Source: Bacteroidota bacterium (GTDB lineage: Bacteria; Bacteroidota; Bacteroidia; Bacteroidales; UBA7960). Taken from it: a stretch of 64,000 bases of DNA. This document shows positions 58,136 through 64,000 of the stretch, piece by piece. Each line of letters opens with the position of its first letter. The stretch's first letter is position 1. The notes under the pieces were generated by a model. That model saw only the letters and a program-made list of their open reading frames with translations, searched no databases and was not told where the DNA came from. The stretch spans positions 23,893 through 87,892 of the forward strand of contig REDJ01000102.1 of the NCBI GenBank assembly GCA_007693555.1, written 5' to 3'. Both the position numbers and the translations under genes were made by a program.

Positions 58136-59386
58136 TTATCTGAATATAAGACGTTCACGACCTCCGAAGGCATCATAAGATGAGGTAATAACTTGTTCAC
58201 CAGGCTCAAGACCCTCAAGCACTTCGTAGTGATGAATATTCTGACGACCGATACGGATTCTTCTTTTGGTAGCCTGGCTTCCTGATGGGTCAAGTACATA
58301 TATCCAGTTACCACCGGTTTCCTGGTAAAAACCTCCGCGTGGAATAATTAATGCATCAGCGACTCCGCTGAACTGCAGTCGTAATTGAATGGTTTGTCCT
58401 CTTCTTATGCCCTCAGGGTCATTACCTGTAAAGTGGAGGTCTACCTCAAATGCTCCTCCTGTAATATTACTATAAATTTTCTGAATTTCAAGCTGAAAGT
58501 TTTGCCCTGCATAATCAAACTGTGCCGGTTGACCTAAAAATGTTCGGTTTATGTATCTTTCGTCAATTCGTGCCCGTAATTTGAACCCATCCAGGACGTC
58601 AATCTGACCCAGGTTTTCACCAGAATGTTTTGTTTCGCCCCTTTCAGCATTAAATGAAGATAGCTGCCCGCTTATGGGAGCCGTAATGATTAAATTCTCA
58701 AGATTTCTGTTAAGCATATTCAGGTTGTCCTGCATACGTTCAATGGATTCCTTGATCTGTATCATCTGGGTTTCTGTATAAATAGAATCATGCTGCATAG
58801 CACGATATGCTATACCGTACCTTTTATTGGCAAACCGGTATTCCCTTTCTGCATTTTCAAATTCTTCCAGTGAAATATGGCCACCTTCAAAATATACCTT
58901 TTTCCTGTTAAAATCTTTGGTGGCAACCTCTCTCTGATAGAGCAGATCGGCCATTTGCCTTTCCAGTGTAAATTTATTTCTTTCAAGATTCAAACGGGTA
59001 TTCTGGTAATTATTCAAAACTTCCAGAAGATTATTTTCCCGATACATGTAATCCATCTCAATGCTTGCATTGGATAATCTTAAAATAGGCTCTCCCTCGT
59101 CAACAAAAGCTCCGTCTCTGACATATATTTCTTCTACCCTGCCTCCGAATACAGCATCCACGTAAATGGTGAGTATTGGTTGTACAACACCGTCAACCGG
59201 AATAAACTCCTGAAAGCTTCCCTGTTGAACTGTAGATATGGTCATCCGGTCCCTGTCAACATACAATCGGCTGCTGTTATCGCGAAAAAACAAAAGATAA
59301 ATAACGAAAAAGCCGAACAGCCCAATCAATGCAGTAATAGTTATGCGAGCGGGAGTCCATTTTTTCTTTTTTATTATGCGGTCCAT
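58136..59386 (-). CDS. HlyD-family periplasmic adaptor (membrane fusion protein)
   Basis: N-terminal TM anchor, lipoyl-like 'GRVEEIYVRDGAFVDEGEPILRL', a long coiled-coil and beta-barrel domains. Confidence 0.85.
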   Translation of the reverse strand: MDRIIKKKKWTPARITITALIGLFGFFVIYLLFFRDNSSRLYVDRDRMTISTVQQGSFQEFIPVDGVVQPILTIYVDAVFGGRVEEIYVRDGAFVDEGEPILRLSNASIEMDYMYRENNLLEVLNNYQNTRLNLERNKFTLERQMADLLYQREVATKDFNRKKVYFEGGHISLEEFENAEREYRFANKRYGIAYRAMQHDSIYTETQMIQIKESIERMQDNLNMLNRNLENLIITAPISGQLSSFNAERGETKHSGENLGQIDVLDGFKLRARIDERYINRTFLGQPAQFDYAGQNFQLEIQKIYSNITGGAFEVDLHFTGNDPEGIRRGQTIQLRLQFSGVADALIIPRGGFYQETGGNWIYVLDPSGSQATKRRIRIGRQNIHHYEVLEGLEPGEQVITSSYDAFGGRERLIFR

Positions 59387-59714
59387 ATTTTAAAATTACT
59401 GTGGTTTTAAAAAAAATAAGCCAACATTATGCCAATAGCCCCTTAACTCTTATTTCCAGAATGTTACAAATTAGCAAATGCAGGTTTTACTTATAAAGTG
59501 TCCGCATTCGACCAGTGCATGTATCATAATAGGACAACATTGGATTCCGTATTTTTCCCCTATGCAAAATTGGTAAAAACCCGAGGATTCATACTGTTCT
59601 ATTTTCATATATTTGAGAACTTTAGACCGGTATTTTTATATTTCCTTAAAAAAAGAAAATTTTTGGTCAGGAGCCCAAAATTAAAGATAAACAGGAAAAC
59701 AGAACAGCAAAAAG

Positions 59715-62700
59715 TTGGAAAGTGTTAATAAAAGCCTGAAAGCACAACTTATACTTGAAATCTCTGAGTTCTTATCAGAGACGGATAGCTCTGTTATAAA
59801 AGATGCGATAGTAAAATTCCTGGGCAAATTTTCATCTTTGATTGAAACAAACAGAGCCATGCTGTTTTGGGTTGATCCTACCGGTGAAGAATTTACAGCT
59901 GATTTTGAATGGTATTCAGAAGGTTCGAACCCTTTGAAAAGATCTTTAAAGAATCTTCGTTTTGACCAATATGCTTTATGGGAAAAATTTGCCCACGACA
60001 GGACTACGCTTCAAATCACTGATACAGAAAATATTCCCGATAGTTACACATCCTGCAAAAAACTACTAAATGCTATGGAGGCGAAAGCGTTTTTGCAAAT
60101 TCCCATGTTGCATGGTAACAAACTTGTGGGATTTCTTTCATTTTCCAAAAACAAAAAAGGAATAAGCTGGGATGAGCAGGATATAATGTTTGGGCGAACA
60201 ATTTCTGAACTTTTGGTTTTCTTAAAAATGAAAATCAAACAGGGTGATAATGGTTATGAGTCTTCCAAAGCTATTGATATTAAAAGTGAAACTTTACCAT
60301 TTCAACGCCAGGGTGAAGCGTTTTTTAATGACCGAAAACTTAATAAAAACATACTTGAAAGCCTAAATCATGGTATTGCAATTTTTGATACACAAACAGA
60401 GCGCTTCATATACAGCAATAGAAAATGTGCTGATTTATTGAATATCAAAAAAAGAAGTTTACCCGATAAAGAAAAAATTTTCAGGCTTTTTAAAGATAAT
60501 GGCTATAAAACCAGTGATTTCTTCATATTTGATGAAAAAATTACAACAAAAGACTTTTCACTCTATTTCGAACAGAAGCATCTTAGCGGCACTATTATAC
60601 CTGTTGCAGAAACTGAATGGGTTTCATTAAATCTATATGATATTACACCTATCATAAAATATGAAGAGAATGAAAAAACTCTTGGTAAGCAATTAAGAAC
60701 CTTGTCCGAAGCTGCCATAAAACTGCTTTCCATAAAAGATGAAGACATTTATAAATTTATAGGCGATACTGCTAACTTATTGCAAAATGATGCCATTGTA
60801 TGCGTAACAAGTTATGAGAAACAGGAGGGATACCTGAAGCCCAGGTATATAAAAGGCATCAGCAACTCATGGGATAGAATTATCAATCTGCTGGGCAAGC
60901 ACCCTTTAAATAAGAAGTTCCCCCTCGACCCCAAAAGTGATTTGTACAGCGAAATCTCCTCCTCAAGAGTAAAAGAAATAAAAGGTGGAGTTCTGGAACT
61001 TTCATTATACACCCTTTCTAAACCCGTAGCATCAAAAATTGAGAAAATTCTGAAAATAAAAAAGTTTTACGGGTGCGGGCTTTTTTCAGATGGCAAACTT
61101 TACGGCACTATTGCAATACTAATGCCTGAAGATTCCTTTATTCATCCTTTCATATTTGAAACATTTTCACAACTTGCATCCAATGGTATACATGCTTTGA
61201 GAATGAAGCAAAAGCTTGAGACCACCAAGACTGCTTTATGGAACGCTGCAGCAATTGCCAGACTCGGTTACTGGCAATATGAATTTTGCTCCCGCACTAT
61301 TACCATTGATAAAGGATTATTGAGAGATTTTAATGATCAGGAAAGCGATGAAAAAATATCTATACCTCTCGAAAGGTTTTTAAACAGATATGCCAGTGAG
61401 GAAGATAAAAAGAAAATACTTGAGAAATTCAGGAAAGCTGCCGAAAACCTGAAAAATGAAAACTATACAGCTGATTTTGAATGGAAGTTTATCAGAAAAA
61501 ATAAGCCTCCTTTACATTTGTATACAAGAGGTGTAATGAAAAAGGGAGGTATAATTACAGGAATAGCCCAGGACATCAGTGCAATCAGGGAAGCTGAGCA
61601 GAACCTCTGGGAAAGTGAAAGGAAGTTCAAAAACCTTATCCAGCAATCACTTGATCCTATCATTGTTATTCAGGATGATGGCATAATAACTGAATGGAAT
61701 TCCAGTGCTGAAAAAAACTCAGGTGTTAACGCCGAAGACGCGATTGGTAAATTTATATGGGATGTGGAATCGGAAATAACTTTCAAACCTGCAGAAAAAA
61801 AAGATTTTATTGAATATCCTAAGGAAAAATTCAAAGAAAATTTTTTCAGGTATTTTGAAGAAGATGAGGCTAAAAAGCCCGTTTCCAAGGATATTTCTGT
61901 AAAAACAAGTTATGGTGATATACTGCATCTTACTGTCACCAGTTTTATATTTATTGACAGTAACCGAAAATATCTTTGCCGGATATTCAAGGACGTAACA
62001 CTTGAAAAAGAAAAGCAGGAAAGAGAAAAACAACTTGAAATCAAGGCAAGGGCCGAGAAAGCAAAGGAACTGTTTCTTGATAACATGAATCATGAGATGC
62101 GCACTCCATTGAGTGGTATAATAGGAATGACTGATATTTTACTTCGTACAGGATTGAATGAACATCAAACCGAATTGCTGAAAGTTTTGAAAGAATCATC
62201 TGACAGCCTTCTGGAACTCATTAGTAACATCCATGAGCTTTCAGCAATTGAATCTGAGGGTATTATCATCAGACGCAACCGCTTCTCGCTTTATGAACTA
62301 CTTGACAAATCCCTGGGTATGTTCAGGGCATCAGCCATGCAAAAGGAGATAGACCTGGATTCACAAATCAATGTAAAAGATGAAATTTTTCTTCTGGGTG
62401 ATGAATTCCGTCTTCAGCAAATTCTTACCAACCTTATAGCCAATGCAATCAAATTTACTCCTTCCAGGGGAGAGGTAAAAGTCATCACGGAGGTTGACCC
62501 CATCCCGGACAACCAGGTAAACCTCAGAATAACCGTCAAAGATACTGGAATTGGTATCCCAAAAGACAAAATACCTATTCTGTTTGATAAGTTTACCCAG
62601 GCCGACAGTTCCTATACCCGCGAACACGAAGGCGCCGGAATAGGGCTGGCTATCTGCAAGGACCTTATAGAAATGATGGGAGGACAAATTGGGGTTTACA

Positions 62701-62756
62701 GTGAGGCTGAAAAAGGTTCAACTTTCTGGGTAAGGCTTACTCTTCCTAAAGCATAA
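59715..62756 (+). CDS. Cytoplasmic multi-sensor histidine kinase (GAF plus several PAS-like domains plus HisKA plus HATPase_c), no receiver domain
   Basis: H-box 'FLDNMNHEMRTPLSGI', N-box 'NLIANAIKFT', G1 'DTGIGI' and G2 'GAGIGLAI'. No TM helices. The only in-frame start before the GAF region is TTG at 59715. Confidence 0.85.
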   Translation: MESVNKSLKAQLILEISEFLSETDSSVIKDAIVKFLGKFSSLIETNRAMLFWVDPTGEEFTADFEWYSEGSNPLKRSLKNLRFDQYALWEKFAHDRTTLQITDTENIPDSYTSCKKLLNAMEAKAFLQIPMLHGNKLVGFLSFSKNKKGISWDEQDIMFGRTISELLVFLKMKIKQGDNGYESSKAIDIKSETLPFQRQGEAFFNDRKLNKNILESLNHGIAIFDTQTERFIYSNRKCADLLNIKKRSLPDKEKIFRLFKDNGYKTSDFFIFDEKITTKDFSLYFEQKHLSGTIIPVAETEWVSLNLYDITPIIKYEENEKTLGKQLRTLSEAAIKLLSIKDEDIYKFIGDTANLLQNDAIVCVTSYEKQEGYLKPRYIKGISNSWDRIINLLGKHPLNKKFPLDPKSDLYSEISSSRVKEIKGGVLELSLYTLSKPVASKIEKILKIKKFYGCGLFSDGKLYGTIAILMPEDSFIHPFIFETFSQLASNGIHALRMKQKLETTKTALWNAAAIARLGYWQYEFCSRTITIDKGLLRDFNDQESDEKISIPLERFLNRYASEEDKKKILEKFRKAAENLKNENYTADFEWKFIRKNKPPLHLYTRGVMKKGGIITGIAQDISAIREAEQNLWESERKFKNLIQQSLDPIIVIQDDGIITEWNSSAEKNSGVNAEDAIGKFIWDVESEITFKPAEKKDFIEYPKEKFKENFFRYFEEDEAKKPVSKDISVKTSYGDILHLTVTSFIFIDSNRKYLCRIFKDVTLEKEKQEREKQLEIKARAEKAKELFLDNMNHEMRTPLSGIIGMTDILLRTGLNEHQTELLKVLKESSDSLLELISNIHELSAIESEGIIIRRNRFSLYELLDKSLGMFRASAMQKEIDLDSQINVKDEIFLLGDEFRLQQILTNLIANAIKFTPSRGEVKVITEVDPIPDNQVNLRITVKDTGIGIPKDKIPILFDKFTQADSSYTREHEGAGIGLAICKDLIEMMGGQIGVYSEAEKGSTFWVRLTLPKA

Positions 62757-62840
62757 TAATTAAAATTTTTCAAACATTCTATTGCGGCATATTTTTTGAT
62801 TTTGTCGCTGTAGTTTTTACTGAATTATTCTTTTACTAAT

Positions 62841-62848
62841 TACATTTG
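62841..62848 (+). promoter_or_regulatory. TAnnTTTG -7-like motif (TACATTTG)
   Basis: Consensus match 47 nt upstream of the ATG at 62895. Confidence 0.3.
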
Positions 62849-62894
62849 CATACAGTTTCAGAGAAATAAACATTAACCTTTAAATATGTTGAAT

Positions 62895-63479
62895 ATGAAA
62901 AAGATTTCATTAATCGTAATTCTGGCCGCTGTTGTGGCCCTTGGAAGTTGCCAGAGAAGAACCGTTACCCGGGTAGATACCGATAGAACTATTGATTTGA
63001 GTGGCCGCTGGAATGACTCCGACTCGCGAATGGTTGCCCAGGAAATGATAAATGATGTACTGAACAGGCCCTGGCTATCAAGGTTTGAATCGCGTAACAA
63101 CCGCATTCCTGTTCTTATTGTTGCCGATGTAAAAAACCGCACACATGAGCACATTGATGCGGAAACCTTTATGCGTAATATGGAACGTGAACTTCTGAAC
63201 AGTGGTATGGTTCGTATTGTACAAGGCCGTGAGTTTCGCGAAAGTATACGTGAGGAAAGAGCCGACCAGCAAGAATTTGCCGCTCCGGAAACAGTAGCCC
63301 GCTGGGGGCGCGAATTGGGTGCCGATTACATGTTTACAGGTACGATTAACTCAATTGTTGACCAATACAGAAGACAAAGAGTAATTTTTTACCAGGTAAA
63401 CCTTGAACTTACCGATATGGAAACCAATGAAAAAGTTTGGATTGGCGAAAAACAAATCCGTAAAGTGGTTACTAACTAA
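62895..63479 (+). CDS. LpoB-like (COG3417-type) lipoprotein, annotated in databases as penicillin-binding protein activator LpoB
   Basis: Lipobox 'VVALGSC'. 'IDLSGRWNDSDSRMVAQEMINDVL', 'IVADVKNRT' and 'ADYMFTGTINSI' are typical of this family. Confidence 0.7.
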   Translation: MKKISLIVILAAVVALGSCQRRTVTRVDTDRTIDLSGRWNDSDSRMVAQEMINDVLNRPWLSRFESRNNRIPVLIVADVKNRTHEHIDAETFMRNMERELLNSGMVRIVQGREFRESIREERADQQEFAAPETVARWGRELGADYMFTGTINSIVDQYRRQRVIFYQVNLELTDMETNEKVWIGEKQIRKVVTN

Positions 63480-63640
63480 AATATCATAACCCCGGTGTTG
63501 TATCAAAGCCAGATTTTATTCGGACGCTGAGCTTATCGAAGGGGGTATCTGGCTGGTAATCAGATTTCGTTTCGGCAGGCTCAACGACCAACTCGCACTT
63601 TTGAGACAGCCCCATTTTTGGTTTAAACCCATTGCTTAAA

Positions 63641-64000
63641 ATGATCCGGAAATTTACAATTCCAATAATATTGCTCTCTTTTCTGTTGAGTGGATGCCGA
63701 ACCTACTACCAGCGGCAGCAGGAGTTCAGTCAACTCTTCCGCACCGGTCAGATTCAAGAGGCTGCAGACGTTCTTGAAAGGGATCGCAGAGGTGCAAAAA
63801 GGCGAACAAGATTGTTGCACCTGATGAATATGGGTGTTGTGCATCATATGCTGGGGAATTATACACAGAGTAATGAATTTTTTGAAGAAGCTTTTATTTT
63901 GAGCGAGGACCAGTTGAGAAACCCTCTTGATGAGGCCCTTGCTCTCTTTTCCAACCCCAATATGACAGAATACCGGGGCGAAGATTTTGAAATTCTGATG
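63641..64000 (+). CDS. Hypothetical lipoprotein (3'-truncated by the window edge), helical-repeat N-terminus
   Basis: Translates as MIRKFTIPIILLSFLLSGCRTYYQRQQEF…LLHLMNMGVVHHMLGNYTQSNEFFEEAF… and is open to the end of the window. It has a lipobox and lies downstream of the LpoB-like gene. Confidence 0.6.
   Translation, partial: MIRKFTIPIILLSFLLSGCRTYYQRQQEFSQLFRTGQIQEAADVLERDRRGAKRRTRLLHLMNMGVVHHMLGNYTQSNEFFEEAFILSEDQLRNPLDEALALFSNPNMTEYRGEDFEILM

Noticed and set aside
63509-63556. Inverted repeat agccagat…atctggct downstream of the LpoB-like gene, considered as a terminator
   Set aside because: The stem is 8 bp, the loop is about 32 nt and no T-run follows, so it is not convincing as an intrinsic terminator. 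It may be part of the GC-richer intergenic patch noted in the findings.
1-64000. Mobile elements, prophage, CRISPR-Cas or known defence systems
   Set aside because: I could recognise no integrase, transposase, recombinase, reverse transcriptase, Cas, toxin-antitoxin or phage structural motifs in any listed ORF. The only hint is the short methylase-like remnant next to tRNA-Leu.

Overview
This window looks like a chromosomal segment from a Bacteroidota-type genome. The evidence is many C-terminal T9SS sorting domains with '(Y)PNPA...' motifs, TAnnTTTG promoter-like motifs, Omp28-family proteins and no obvious Shine-Dalgarno sites. It is densely coding, with about 47 CDS and one tRNA-Leu(CAA). 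No integrase, transposase, CRISPR, reverse transcriptase or recognisable defence genes were found.

Housekeeping genes: recO (5'-truncated), prs, rplY (L25/Ctc), pth, a Nudix hydrolase, pdxJ, tonB, an M50 site-2 protease and an LpoB-like lipoprotein.

Accessory and envelope blocks:
(a) 0.7-18.1 kb holds two polyprenol-phosphate-type GT2 enzymes (one frameshifted) and two large polytopic membrane proteins. On the same strand upstream lie two giant secreted CotH-kinase-family paralogues (LTD plus CotH plus T9SS tail), which bracket a beta-helix T9SS protein and a periplasmic GH13.
(b) 25.4-30.0 kb is an MFS-MalQ-sugar kinase maltodextrin operon.
(c) 40.4-47.4 kb is a five-gene operon with three Omp28-like CxxC paralogues, a TlpA thiol-disulfide oxidoreductase and a large beta-barrel.
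(d) 47.7-52.2 kb encodes T9SS cargo, including a 1212-aa S1-type protease.
(e) 52.3-59.4 kb is a MacB/FtsX-type ABC exporter with a HlyD adaptor, divergent from a cytoplasmic GAF/PAS histidine kinase.

The best candidates for an undescribed system are the CxxC/TlpA/barrel operon and the CotH plus glycosylation island. All family calls come from motif recognition by eye, and no searches were run.
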